NCBI RefSeq assembly: GCF_023055435.1
Contig: NW_025963813.1
Span: 1,984,001-2,048,000 of the forward strand
Length of the DNA: 64,000 bases
Direction: 5' to 3'
Source: Haliotis rufescens
Lineage: Eukaryota
Below, in pieces: positions 63,784-64,000 of the stretch; the first letter of the stretch is position 1, and each line of letters starts with the position of its first letter. A program made the translations under genes and the position numbers. The notes below the pieces were generated by a model. It ran no database searches, was not told the origin of the DNA, and worked only from the letters and a program-made list of their open reading frames with translations.

Positions 63784-64000
63784 CAAAAGCATTGAGTAAA
63801 GAGGTGGACAAACTTGGTACTATTTGGGAGATGTGTTTGATATCAGAACTTTGAAAATGTTGTAAAGGATACATTGGACTTCTTTCGCTTGTTTTGATGT
63901 TCAGCGTATTGAAGTGTGTTAATATATACTTCAGCCTTGTGAACTATTAACCCGTGAAGATCTGGGGTTAGAATTCATCTTCAGCAACCCATGCTACTCA

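Noticed and set aside
51000-64000. A fifth kringle copy or other host gene in the right-hand part of the window
   Set aside because: No match to the signal exon, kringle exon or promoter block; only SINEs, MITEs and TE fragments were recognisable.

Overview
Eukaryotic, repeat-rich, AT-rich genomic DNA with four assembly gaps. The SINE and LINE repertoire suggests a mollusc, probably an abalone-like gastropod (inference). Most entries in the ORF track are artefacts of satellites and transposable elements. Reading splice sites by hand recovers six co-oriented minus-strand genes for secreted or extracellular proteins. (1) The 5' end of an LRR protein (signal-like peptide plus LRRNT cap), which runs off the left edge. 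(2) A three-exon, 248-aa secreted protein with three 4-Cys chitin-binding type-2 (CBM14-like) modules. (3-6) A tandem array of four two-exon genes, each encoding only a signal peptide and one kringle domain (113-117 aa), with a conserved framework, variable loops, shared promoters and evidence of mosaic recombination. The kringle array is the most interesting system in the window. The rest consists of seven larger tandem-repeat arrays, three tRNA-headed SINE families, a fourth non-tRNA short retroposon whose 5' end folds into a covarying pseudoknot, a full-length dead mariner, an internally deleted Tc1, LINE fragments and several MITE or foldback structures.
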